A stretch of DNA of 64,000 bases from assembly GCA_977030845.1 (NCBI GenBank), contig OZ365110.1:48980001-49044000 (forward strand). Reading direction: 5' to 3'. This DNA is from Fimbriosthenelais zetlandica (Eukaryota). Both the position numbers and the translations under genes were made by a program. Shown here piece after piece: positions 25,898 to 38,475 of the stretch; position 1 is the stretch's first letter, and every line of letters begins with the position of its first letter. Below the pieces are notes generated by a model. That model had not been told where the DNA came from. It searched no databases and worked only from the letters and a program-made list of their open reading frames with translations.

Positions 25898-28271
25898 TCC
25901 CCCTTGAAGTTATTACGCCAACTCTATTCAGCAGACAAGCCAGCAATCCCCACTAAGCCTTCAGCAAAGTTTGATATTTTAATAAATCACCCAAAGCCAA
26001 CACTACTAATACGGAGACCGAGACTGAAATCTCACTTATTAAATCTGGCTTTATGTTCATGGGCTGCGCTTTAAGTGCTATCACTGCGGCCTTGTCTGTG
26101 CCCTCTGCCCACAATGGGTTAATGACATTCAGTGCTACTCCTGAGGGCAGTGTGGGTAATCTCCCGCCTGTGCTATCTCTCCCCTCGCTGGGTCTGGCCA
26201 GTATATGAAGGATAAGTCTGCCACTCAGTACACTCCAGCCAGGCTCGCTTCATTCTCTGTTCATTTACCAGTTCCACTGACCTCCAACCTTCCCCTACCA
26301 TATACCTTCAAATAAACCTACTAACCCTCTGCCCTCTTCAAATGTAAACCGCAACACAAGCCAATGCCTGGCCAACCACTCTCATTTATTATTAACTGCA
26401 ATGGATACCAACTATATATCGGGTTCTCCACTTGCCGTTTAGTCATACAGGGGATGATCCACTAGCCGCAAATACAACGGTAATGTGTTTCACTAGGGTT
26501 TATAAATGTGTAACACTGTAAATACTGTTTGCATATCCCTGCTGTAAAGTACAACATATACTGTAGGCTACAACAGATAGACTGAACATTATGTGGGCTA
26601 CATGGCAATGTTCACGATGTCTTTTCCAGTATTCATGACTACATCGCGAATGTTTTAGCCAAACTAATCCTGTGAAGGGCACAAGATCCCTCAATCTACA
26701 TACTATTTTCAAGCCAAAACCTCTGAATAGAAAAGGCAACTGAAATGAAAATCTCATTCAGCAGTTTTCAAATAAGTAGAGGGGAATTCAATTCCTGCCC
26801 TTTCAGAGGCATAGCCGGGTATATGTTTGGGCACTTGTGTTGGAAAATATTGGTTACACAGAAGGTACTTTGGGCTTTTTCGCCAAAGGAGTAAACACAG
26901 GCTTCAAGAAGTGTCAGGTCTTTACTTCTGAAAGACTTCAAGAGGTGCTAAGTGTCTAAAGATGCTAGCAATAAATCAGGAAAATGTATTTACCGCCTTC
27001 TACGTTCAGGCCATTCATCCATCCTAATTTTCACCTTCCCACAACCTTAACAACGAAGGACCAGTCTTGTCGGCATAAACAAGCCTAACACCACACGCTG
27101 TCGACCTAAAACACACTCGCCTTGTTCTGACAGCCTGGATTGCGGTTTTTCATTTCAGAGAGGCTGTTACAGCCAGGAGTCTACCGGAACCTCCTAGAAA
27201 CCTTCTAGAGGCCTGGATATGGTGATGTCCCTCTGTGTTGCCAGTTAAGCCAGGCTTGAGCTTCTGGGAGCTAGTGTGAGCCTCTGCTAGCATCAATCTT
27301 GCCTGGGCGTCATTAGGCTTGACAATAGCTTACTGCAAGCTGACAGCATTGGAGCTGGCGGATGGCAGGGTGCAGCGTGCAACCGGACTGTTGTCTATTT
27401 ACCACTTAACCAACCCTCCCCATGCTAGATCACTGTTAGGGCACCCGGACCGGGTTACATCCTATATTGTACACCTTCCCCGTGTAATTTTATAAGAAAA
27501 GTAGGTTTTATGGGAGGTCAACTGTCAAGTCCATCACTGGAATGGGTGTGAGATGGGGAGGTGTGTTGGAGGATGGAAGCAAATGGCGTTGACAATAAAG
27601 ACATTACTGAGGAAGTAAACAATGCTACTTTCCTGCATGGCCTTCATGAATCAACTAAGGGAGATTCGCCAAGATGCTAAGTTTGCTCAGAGGAAGTTTA
27701 GTAATCGCCCACCATCTCGATCAGGCCACATTTTCTTTTCAGCATGAAAATTATGAAAAAGTCCAGGCAAGCTAAGAAAGAAAACAGGCCACCGTCCATG
27801 GCTGCTATACTCTGCTATAAGATATCCCTGTTTCTGGGCAGTTGAAAAGTTTTTCAAGTATGCTTTTCCATTTTTTTTTCTTACCTTTCCAACTTTCCAA
27901 GACTTCTCACACACCAGAATTGGAAGCCGATGCGCGCGACATCCTTGAAAGAATGTTGAGTTTGATCACGTGACTGTGATCTTCACTCTAACCCAGACAG
28001 GCTCAAGGTCAGAGCTTAATTGCCTGACCTTGTGGAGGGACTGACACCTTCTCATAAAGACAGCCTAGAGGAACCCATAACCCTGACCACCCCTCTATCA
28101 TTTACCATCATACATCTCACACATGAAGCCGAAAATAAGTCCCCTCAGATATCTCCTATCACAGAATCTGATCGATCACGAACGCCCAGAATATGAACCC
28201 ATAACAGCAACCGTAGAGAAGACTTCTTTCTAGTTTTTTTTTCTAGGGGCCACCAAATGAAAGTCCGAGTG

Positions 28272-28455
28272 CAGGGGTCATGTGAAATATTGGACCGGGC
28301 AAGCACTTTTTCACATCTGGTTGCCTGGTGGGCAACCATTTCTGCAGAAAAAAATCAGTTGACAAAGTACCTGGGACAACCAAAATATTGGTCCAGGCCT
28401 TTTGAGCTCTTTCTAGGTCAATGAACAGGCACATTTCTGACAGATTTTCCAGGTC
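28272..28455. mobile_element. Possible decayed hAT-like non-autonomous element
   Basis: Starts CAGGGG. Contains hairpin TGGTTGCC-tggtg-GGCAACCA (28318-28338). Similar GGTTGCCC/GGGCAA motifs recur at 50630-50780. Ends are not clearly defined. Confidence 0.25.
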
Positions 28456-28699
28456 CTATTTCAATAGAAAAGATCAATTTTTATCTATTACTACCTTCGA
28501 TGATAGGCTCTATGTCCATAATATTTACAACTGAAGATAACAAAAGATCACATTATTAGGAGATTGAGCCAAATAAAATGGTTAGTGATAAGAATTGATG
28601 GGCTGCCTGGGAGGTCACAGAGTTAGACCTCTCTCTGATGAATAAAGAGCTGTATAATGAAGGGAATGAGGGGTCAATCAGATCCTAATTATAACAAGC

Positions 28700-31010
28700 C
28701 TTAATGACTGTAATCCAATCGGCTACATCCAGCCCTTGTCATGCTCATCTCCTGACTGACACTTCATTTTTTACCCAAAGTCTTCCCTTGATTCAAGGAT
28801 GCATCAACTCAGGCAACCTACAAAATCCAGAAACTAACCAAGACAATATTCCAGTAAGATTTGTTAAAGGTCACAATATATTCCCGCAATATTTGGACCT
28901 GGTCTTTGGACCAGATGTTGGAAAATCCTCCCTGGAAACATTTAACAAAATGTTTGTTGACTGCTGAGTATGCGATGCCCAAAACTTGAGAAAATTAAAG
29001 CTTTAACAGTTCGGAAACTGAAAAATCCTGCTTCAATTACATCTCAATTTTCTGTCTGGAGGTTAAATGTCCCCCATTTCACCTTGTGAGTATCATTTTC
29101 CAGTCTATGGCTTAAGAGTTTCTTATTTGTCCTGCTGAAAGGATTTTATTTGGGAGAAGAAGAACGTGTGAATCAGATGTACTCTTTGCTGTGCTCATGT
29201 CAGTTTATTACAACCTCTGACTCGAGCCAGAGATGTACCTGAAAGATGTATACCTTATTATAATGGCCATTCAGGTTGAGGTGAATGCCAAATTTTAGCG
29301 GCTCAAAAACAACATGCAAGATCAAATGTTACATTGTACATATTAACATGTCATTTAAGAATCCAACCAGGCTAGAAATTAACACCAAGAGATAACTGGG
29401 TTCCTAGAGAAGGGAATCAAAATGGTCTAAAAAGGCTAAAAAAAAAACATAGATGTACCGGAGGTTCATACAAGTTTTACTGGTAGGACAAAGTAAAACA
29501 GATCTTTGGAGCATTAGGAAATTTGGTTGACTTACCTTATGTAATGCTATAGGATGGCTCAAGCTTCTCTCTATGGTCCAGTTATAAAGTAATCACATGC
29601 CACAAGCCAGATACTGCCTCAGAGCGCCACTGCCACACCTGTAGGGAAAATAAGACATCAATTTAAACCATCACAATTATCTTGCTACCTGGACGTTTTA
29701 ATTCGAGCTTACATAATATCCCCTGATTAAAAACAGCTTAGACCTAATCGAAATTAGATCTAAGTGAAATTATACTTTATACGATGAATTCAAAGCAACA
29801 GAAACTCAGATTGAAAGATCATCAGGCCAACGTCTCAATACCAATAATTATAATATTACATAATGATAAGTCACTTAATGATAACTGAAGAGAACGGAGA
29901 TACATTGGAATAGGTGGGACGGAAACAGGCCATATTCAGACTGTCTCCATCCAGCGGAGAGCAATGTCTAGACTATTTCCATCCGACATGGAACAGCACC
30001 GAACCAAACCACAACAGATGGGAAGGAAACGTCAATATCTTTATTCAAGGTGACATGGCCGCCAAGGTGTCAACACTGCCTATACTTCCATCCGAGGCAA
30101 ATTCCTCAACTAAATTCTTTCATAAACTTTATAGGAACTTGGACCCTTTGTTATCTAAATAGAAGTCTATATTTTGAGGTGAAAAGAATCATTGGTAATT
30201 GCTGAGAGAGCAGAACTCAGCAACTGAGCTAAATCCTTCCGCACTTCTTCCAATTAAAAATGTGGATTAAATAGTAGTATTAAGTTAAGCTTTCTCAATT
30301 CCATTGAGTGTAATGGTATTTAGTACAAAACACTGTCACGCCATTTCAAAAAATCCCATAAATTCCACTAAGCCTTGACATATCAAGCTCACAAATCAGC
30401 TCAGAGACATCAAACACCAAGCACTCTATGATGGATTCTCCTCCTGTCATTTTTACTTAACACAACAAGGCCAGCAAAAATCCCCTGTCAAAAACATCCT
30501 TATCATCATCTATCCAAGATATATTCCATATCTCCTCAAATAAGATTTCAGCTCCCATAAAATATCGCTGGAAAGTAAAAAATCTCCTATCATAGATCAG
30601 CATATCACATTTGGCATCACTCTGAGAATTAGTTGGCGATAAAATATCACTAAGGCAGGAGCGGCCCTGGTTTTTTTTGTAGTTCGCTAATCATTTCAGC
30701 CGAGCTGAATCAATATTGTGACTTGCTGAGGCCCTGGGGCCCGGACGAGCCTGCCTGTTGGGCTCTGGTCCAGTCATAATTATTCCATAGGTTCCCCGGA
30801 GAATCCGCCAGTTATGCATCATGTATCTGGATGTCGCTATAGTGGTTACACAGCCTCTATATTCAAGTACTTCAACAGAGGAATATCCTAGAGACCAGGA
30901 CTTGAAGTGGATTTTGGGGATTTCATTTCCCCATGCAAGAGAAAGAAGCCTGAAAGAGTGCAACTGTAAACAGGAGAAAGCAAGTCCATGGAGAAGTTTG
31001 GGGTATAATT
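28700..31010 (+). mobile_element. Long collinear decayed CR1-like LINE ORF2 (endonuclease C-terminus, linker, RT N-terminal half)
   Basis: Motifs in the expected order: NDCNP (GDFN.P, ~28703); PVRFVKGHNIFPQYLDLVF..GKS (PTRFR.GQ.PS+LDLVF..GKSDH, 28851-28928); KWSKKAKKK/HR (W....K.+++KH, 29423, frameshift in an A-run); ANV(L)N (29826); MITEE (29878); WEGNVNIFIQGD...LPI...TKFFHK (WK.ANV.PIFKKGD...RPI...K++EK, 30019); MYLDV...LKWI...EKASPWRSLG (30821-31010). Confidence 0.65.
29536..29638 (-). other. Candidate non-coding spliced exon (103 nt)
   Basis: Acceptor TCTTATTTTCCCTACAG|G and donor AAG|GTAAGT are both near consensus. Stops occur in all three frames. Confidence 0.4.
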
Positions 31011-32524
31011 TCTATGTGTAATTTGACCAGATTAAACTGGTGAGCGCTAATATGAAAGTTAGACATAGGCAACGGAAGTAACACAGACACTTCACCACCA
31101 GAGTAAATTAATTAAATTAGGTCCATTTATAGATTTGATATCTTCAGCCTTTTCAGAGATATCCGAGCATGGTTTAGTTTTACATTTTCACTGGTATAGG
31201 CTATCCATCCTGATTTACAATGTAGGCCTACTTTATTTGTCAATCAGAATACCTTCAGGTTTTTCATTTTTGAGTGACCTTGCACATTTCATATGTTTCG
31301 AAGCAGGTCCCTTCCCCTGACTAAGAACTATCCTACTTACACGCCTTCCTTCACATTTTGGAACATTGTTCCAATGTCTCGGTCGGTCCCCATTCCTCTC
31401 CGTCTCTCACTTTCCCCTTCTTCCTCTCCCTCTCTCTTCCTTCCATCCCTAGTCCATCCTACCTTTCCCCAGTCCCCTAACCCCTCCATCTATCCCCAAC
31501 TCTGATGCACAGATCCATTAATACAGGCCATGTTGGCTCTTAATTCAGATACTTAGCTCGTCTGGCTACAGATGGAAGTTCTGTGTCAAGGACTTATTTC
31601 TCAATACACCTGTCATATAAGGGTGCTAATAATACCCACCATTAAGGGGGGAACTCTGCCCACCACACTAAGTGGCAACTTGCAGGTAAGTTGGGAAAGG
31701 CAATCAAAGCACAAACAACTCCATAGCAGCTCTGTAGCAAACATGGATAATGAGACGAAAAACAATCTAGGGAGGAAATGGATATAGGTAGCCTACTCAT
31801 ATAGGCAAGGTATAATATATAATGCACAAAATAACATGGTATATCTGAAACAGATATGGAAATACAACTCAGTGAAATGTTTTGACTGATATTTCTAGAT
31901 TGAAAACAGCAATTTGCCCTGTGCCTTTATGGATTTAAAAAAAATCAAACAGACCCACTCTCATCCCTTATATGGCTCTCCAAAACTCCCTGGAATTACC
32001 AGACTTTGCAGTTTCCAAATTCGGCGACAAAGCATCCCGAATTAAACCATAAAAAACCTGGTGGAAAGTTAATCTTGATTGATTTCTGCTGATCACAGAG
32101 GAAGCTGGATAAGCATGTTGAGGGCAAATGTCAGAGAAGAAAAGCAGTTGGATTTACCACTTTAGGCAGAAACACAATGTTATACCAATGGGTTGCTTGG
32201 TGGGTCAACATTAGCTGTTGGTTCAAACAGCACACTTAGAAGTGTCTCAATAAGCCAGCCAGACTTCTAACATTGACTTAAGGGACCCACGTATGTTAAG
32301 AGGAAGGAACAATAGGAAAAAGCAGAGTAGCTTGTTTCCAGTTTCTCCCCTTTTTCTCCTAAGAAATAAGGGTAGGCGTACTACCAGGAACATATCCAAA
32401 CTGAAGTCACATCCTTATAAAATCCCACTAGTCCGAACAATCACATTACTCCCGCCCCAATAACTACGCCCAAAGTCGAAAATCTCAAGAAAACCCTGGC
32501 ATATTACACTGGCTTTTTATAGGT

Positions 32525-33830
32525 TGGCAGATAAGACAGGGTGGTGCGGTCTAAGAATATTTCAGAACTTAGACCTGTGTGGCGAGACCCTATCAGCATG
32601 CTACTCAAGCTATCATACCAAACTTCTATCAATGGTCAAGAATCTTTTACAACTGAGGCAAACATTAGCCCAGCATCTTTATGCCGCCCTATTTCCGGCC
32701 TTGGTCGCCTGACCGCCACCTCAGCACCATTCCTGCATGCAGAGTAGGGTGTGAGGGGTTCTCCTTCTTGATCCCATGGTCAGTCATGTGATTTATCCGA
32801 CATGTAGATCAATACGTTGGTCACCGGAGGGAGTCGGGGCGTGCTATTTTGGGAGTCTGGTTGACCTGCGGAGATGTTTCTGCCATCCAGACATTTAATT
32901 TGTGACGATGGTGATATTCAGCAATCAGGGGGTCTGTAGCCCGGCTCCCTGGCACACCATTAGTTCTATCAATGCTAGAAAGAAGAGATGGGTGAATGGG
33001 GATGAAAAGCCAAAATGACATACAAGTTGGTATAAAAGCTTGTGACCAAATGTCCTGGCGCATTTATCACAGCAGAAGCGATTGAAAGATTAAAAATAAG
33101 CCTTGTAAAAGCTAGATAATAGAGTTCAGGAGTCACATTAGCCCATCTACATTAGGTTCTGCAACAGCCAAGTTATGGCTAGTATGCTCAGCTTGAATAT
33201 GGCTTATATAGCCGATTGACAAAGCACTAGAACAATAACGTCATTGAACAATTTGCCATCAATCTAAAACATTGAGCATGTTTCAGCTGGGGCAGGATAA
33301 AATCTCAATTTCTTCTCTCAACTCTTTTAAGAAGTGGGCATATCAGCAAGAATCGATAGCTGATCCCTAATGGCGAATACATCTTGTGTCAAATGACAAT
33401 GCCGAACGGGATCATTAATTACCTGGAAACTTGGAGGAGTTGCCATGACTCCAACCTCAGCATTACCTTAATGGAAGAACCAAGTCAGGTCAGCTACTTG
33501 AGTCATTCTGCTACTCGAGTGCTGCACTGGAGTATAAAAATGGCCAGCAGGCAGGGGGAAACTTTAGCAGAGTTACCTTTATATTGCCACATGGAGCCGG
33601 TGTTAATCTAGTGACTTGCCCATACTGCCAAGTGGCACCACCTTCTGACCAAATCTATTAACTCACCACCTATAACTCTTCAGCCAAGCACGCACCAATA
33701 CTGACCAACCCATCAAAGTGGTCAGACCCATTCTGAGGGCCTTTAAAAAAACGAGCCTTTTGAAGGTACATAAATACCAAGTCACGACCCGTATGCTCTC
33801 GCGTGCTATGTCTCCACTGTACCCATTGGT
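32525..33830 (+). mobile_element. Fragmented decayed CR1-like RT (N-terminus, domain 2-3, C-terminus)
   Basis: ELRPVWRDPISMLLKLSYQT...EANISP...RPIS (EL....S.PL+++F..S...ANVTP...RP+S, 32525-32700); weaker IINYLE..RSC..NL..YL..RV.H..GETL (33390-33590); KVVRPIL..LKVH..TRM (33712-33830). Confidence 0.5.
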
Positions 33831-34199
33831 GCTATCAGTTCAGGCTTCATATCACAAGCTATCAGAGAGAGGAAGGCCACTGAAGCTGGTGTTATGTGTT
33901 TAACTAAGCCTTAAATTGTGTTGTCTGAAAGCATAAGACCAAGCTATGTGGAATCTTATGGATAGACACTTGGGAGGGGCAGTGTGTGTCGTGGAAGACG
34001 AAGGCAAGGAGTCAACTCGTGGTAATACCATTATACTGACCATTGCCACATGATGTACTGACCCTGTCAAACCACTCCCACACTCCCCTGCCACCCCAAC
34101 CTGATTGCCAGTTTCGGCCTTCCATAAATGTCCAGATAAATCTTATAAGCATGCCTCCCGGTTTCCATGCAATTTTGGCCAGGCATAAGCCTGTAATTG

Positions 34200-34420
34200 G
34201 GGCAGCTTTATGAGGTTATCATCCTCTGCGCACTTGGCGCTGACAAGGTTAATGAATTGAAGGTCAGGCAAATGGATATCTACGGGGGTGAAGACGGGTT
34301 TTTTAAGGGGCTGAGAACACTAATATGGTTAAGCTGGGAGGAGAATTCCACACTGCCACTTGGCACACAGAAAAGGGCAAACTAATCTGGACACTTGGTG
34401 GAAACTTGGTGATTGTCTAT
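34200..34420 (+). mobile_element. Decayed RTE-like LINE C-terminal region
   Basis: LYEVIILCAL...FFKGLRTLIWLSWEE...*SGHL resembles LY.+++..LLYG...F++.CLR.IL.ISW.+...W.GH+. Confidence 0.45.
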
Positions 34421-34689
34421 GGGGAGAAGTCGCTTCCATTCAGAGGATAGATCTGGTAAATCGTACTGCTTAGTGACAAATCCAAGTTGGATGAGGATCA
34501 CTTGGGTCAATCCCATACTCTGGTGCAGAAAGGATTGCTATAAAAACACTAATAAAAACTTGTATGATTCCCATACATCTTTCTGCGACCAATGTTATCA
34601 CAAATAAATTCAAATTGATCTGAAATGAATTTTTACAGCAACAACCACTCATATGCTGTCAAGGAGGAAACTCACTGTTGTTGCAATGG

Positions 34690-34820
34690 TCAGGTACTCT
34701 TTACATGCCTCTCTGCAAAGATAGGTCCTTATTTATAAGGACCTTTTTGACCCAGTTATCAGCCAGGAGAAAGGGACAACCACAAATTTACAGGCTGCTT
34801 GGGGAATTGAACCCAGGAGT
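34690..34820 (-). mobile_element. Possible degenerate tRNA-derived SINE fragment
   Basis: Pol III B-box-like GGGTTCAATTCCCC on the minus strand (34801-34814), followed downstream by GGCATGTAAAGAGTACC, loosely like SINE core motifs. No convincing A box. Confidence 0.3.
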
Positions 34821-37289
34821 TACATTTGATTGAAACAACCAAGAACAACCATTAAAAAATGGAAATTGAGTATAGAATGGAAGATAATCATTCCCTATGA
34901 AGGTAGTCTGGGCTGGAGGAAAGCGCCTGGATGTTTACCATATGGCGAATCAAGGGAAAGTGGGGTGGAGTGAGGTTGGCCTTGGGGATCTGGAGTTTGG
35001 GGGTAGGAGGCTGGGGGGAGAAGGAAGGGAGTGCTATCAGGGAACAACACCTGGAGGGAGCCAAATCCAGCAGTGGGTGGGGACAAGCTGACCTACACCT
35101 CTCGATTAGAGTCAGACATGTCAGGCCATGTAACCACACTATCAGAACACCACTCGGTCTACCCTTGCCAATTAATCCCCCTCCATCAACCAAGAGTTAG
35201 CCCTACCTGCCCCAGCTAAAAGCCCCAACATTTAGTCAATTAGAAATGTAACTCTGACACAGGCTAATTCCATAATCAAAGAACTCCATAGACTGACATG
35301 TTTGTCTGAGACAAACTCAAGAGTCACGGCCGTTGAGGAGTGAAGTTACTTTGGTATCCACAATGGTTTGAAAGTGATCCATGGGGTGGAAAAAACTGAA
35401 CGAATCCTTCCCCAAAAGCAATTAATTTAGAGCTTTTCCAACTGGAGCTTAGGGATCCCCCAGGCAAGCAGCGAGCGAGGAAAGGGGAGCGAATGAAAAG
35501 GAGCAAAACAATGCCAGCTTGGATTTCCAGTTCCCCCTCTTCTCGAAATTCAAATCATTATCCTTTTTTGGGGCCACCACTTCATGTTTCTTGCATTGGT
35601 GGGGCTAGATTTATTGGGTCAACTTTGGAAACGCCTCCGGCAGCTCTGATTTAAAACGGCTTTCTTTGCCACCTCCTTTCCTCGCAAAGAGGTAATTATA
35701 ATCATAATGAACGCTAATTCAGGCAATTAGTGGCTAGAAAAGTGAGGTTTGTATTAATTACAATCGGTGACCTCACCCAAGGCTCTAATGCTGATGGTGA
35801 GCATTTAAATCCTTTCAAGGCCAGAGTGAAATCCTATGCCTGATGATGCGTTAAAATCGAAAATCCATATGTTCCTTAAAATGCAATAAAAGCTTTAGAT
35901 TATGAATGACCTTTCTCCTCAATAATTAGTTTCATCAATCATAACAGCGATGGCCTTATAGGATTTATTAAGCATTTTCAACTCAAGTTAAATTAAAGCC
36001 CAACCTGTCAGTCAGAGATGTTGGAAGGCAACAGAATATGTTCAACCTTTTGGAAGTAAAAATGCATTACGAATAACAACAACTCAACAAAATGTTAACA
36101 ACTTTTGACAAAGGTCTACAGATGGTCGGTCCCCCTGTCTCCTGAGTGAATACTGAGTCCTCCAGCCAGCATACGATGCCTATGTTTAGTGTTGATCCAC
36201 CATCCAAGGACCAATCTTGGGATCAAGAAGGTTTCAAGTTGGGCTCATAGCCAGCAGAAGCCTATCAGAATGCAGGGTTAGAATGGATCTGAGCCTCATC
36301 TAAAGTGGGTTTTATCTTCTTGTTCAAGTTGTTGAGATCACCACGCCAGCAGATGAGGGACTCAAGTCACCTTCTCATAAGTGGCTGGTGGTGGTCCAAG
36401 ACACAATGTAATTCGTTAAAAGTCAATTCAATGGGCCTACATATCAGCACAGTGAGTAATTATTATAAGCCGACATTGCTTCATGTCTACCGTCATCTTG
36501 ATTATGGCTATTTTTCAGCCATTGTTCTTCGTACTTTACTACAGAGAGGTACCGTACTGGGTCCAAATTAAAGTGGAAGAAAACCATGTGATCTTTAGTG
36601 ACATTGCCTTGGGTGTCGCCTTTGGACAAAGGGGACAAAGTAAGGGGTATGGGGTAGTAGTGGCAATCATGGCATATATATGCCCTCTTGCCAGCTGCCT
36701 TCCAGCTCTTCATTTCCTGCACTATGATAAAACACTAGACCAGGATGCCTAAATTAATCAAGTCCAATAGGATTGTTATGGCCAGTGTTATTCTTCCCTG
36801 GCCAACAGCCCCAAACAGGGGCTTTTTCAATTACCTGGGAATGGAGCAGCAAGGCCTAGACACCCACACACCCCCTCCTCCTCCACCACCACCAGCCTAC
36901 CATGCCATGTATCACTTACATAGAGTGAATGCTGTTTTATCAGTTTGATCAAGGCTTAGGTTTGAGAGGGGATAGAGGCTGCTTGATAGAGGATTGCTGG
37001 CCTGTGACTGCCTGGGAAACAAGACAGATAGGCTGGCATAGCTGCTCACTATCACCCTGCATCAAGACTGCATTCCTAAACCTCCTACTTCTATCCCACC
37101 AGCCAGCAAGTCTAATATGCTGAGAGCTCCCTATGCGTGGTCAATAGTAATTCGTATTGGCACAGCCGGGCGGAAATGCCTATGGTCACCTTCCACTTGT
37201 CGCCGGTTCAGCACTTGTCATTGGCCTCTTTCAGCACGACATTGGTCCATCTACATGCCAGGTAACATTTACACACTTGCCAACAACTT

Positions 37290-37780
37290 ACTTTGGACGA
37301 GATAATTCAAGAAGATGGACAAGGAATCAGCATCCCATTAACTTCACCATGCGTCACATGCTCAGCACTGAAGAATGCTCAGTCATGCTAAACATCTCTC
37401 AGCGCTACACAAGTGAAGATAATGAAGTGATAAGAGAGACTATGAGTTTAGGAAAACTGCAAAAGCGGGACTTGAATACAATGAAAATAGTATAAAGATT
37501 AAACATTTCACATCAAATCCTAAAAATTTCTTCGGGCCGAGAAGGTATATATACAGAAAATTGTGGCAGAATGCGATCACGTCAGTATCTGTTACAATAT
37601 GAAGGCCCGAGCTTATATAAGCCAACATAATATCATCCAAGTCAGCTCCTAATGGGGAATGTCACAAACGAAATTGGTGTGACTAATGGGTCTTCGTCAA
37701 TTCAGGGAATCTTTCAGTATACTGGTGGATGAGGAGCATCATTGGCAGGGCAGATGTCTGAATACATCATGGTTTGTGGC
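37290..37780 (+). mobile_element. Decayed CR1-like endonuclease-RT linker
   Basis: RW(12 aa)RHML...QRYTSEDNEVIRE (PW...KH.L...+RY...RN+V.R), then frameshifted KAGLEY..ENSI..SNPKNFF (AK.+YE..I...NPK.F+), *ANII (KAN+L) and IFQ. Confidence 0.5.
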
Positions 37781-38376
37781 CTTTATCTAGGTAGTGTGGA
37801 GTTTGTCTAGGCTGCTTGTTCACCAGGCCACACTGGAGAACCAAGATGGCTAGTTAGCCTAAGTGGGAGAAGTGGCTCACAGCTCAGGCACCGTGGGCAG
37901 AATATGGTAGCAGTGTCAATTTGTAGGAGCTTGTGATATCTATCAGGACACATGGTAGGACAGCGGCCACCAGCCAACGGCTTTTCCAACAACAAGTCCT
38001 GAAAGCCGTCTAATACTAACAGGCTTTGTAGCCAGGCGCGAGGAGGAAGGGCAACGTGACACTTCAAGAACGAACCCGTGATCTTTAAACATTAAAAAGC
38101 TGCTTCTGAGTGTATATTCTATTACAGGGTCCATAACAGGTAGAGGGAGCTGAGGCCAAGTATATGAAGAGGGGGCAGTTCATCACGATCGGACCCTGTA
38201 TGGGTAGGGAAATGAGGAGAAAGGTCTTTATAGCCTGGGGAGAATGCTGGGAGAGGCTGGGTTGGAAGCAGCTGTGTTTAGTATTGTAGCATGATAAACT
38301 TGTCGGAGAATGGAACACAGGGCCATAAGAGGTCCACACGCAACCAGCTAACAAGCAATTCCAACTTGGACGAGGA

Positions 38377-38475
38377 TTTCAGAAATGAAGCACAATGAGC
38401 CTTCATATATCTAGTCACCCGATTTAGTGAAGCCCAGCCATCATTATGATACATTTTTCTTACTTTTCTTGAGGA
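38377..38475 (-). mobile_element. Possible decayed L2/CR1-like C-terminal fragment
   Basis: SSRKVRKMYHNDGWASLNR...FLK resembles SSV..ML..LGW.SL+.RR...F+K. Confidence 0.35.

Noticed and set aside
9112-33502. Identical heptapeptide SQVSYLS in two ORFs
   Set aside because: Codons are entirely different, and about one such match is expected by chance among this many translated residues.
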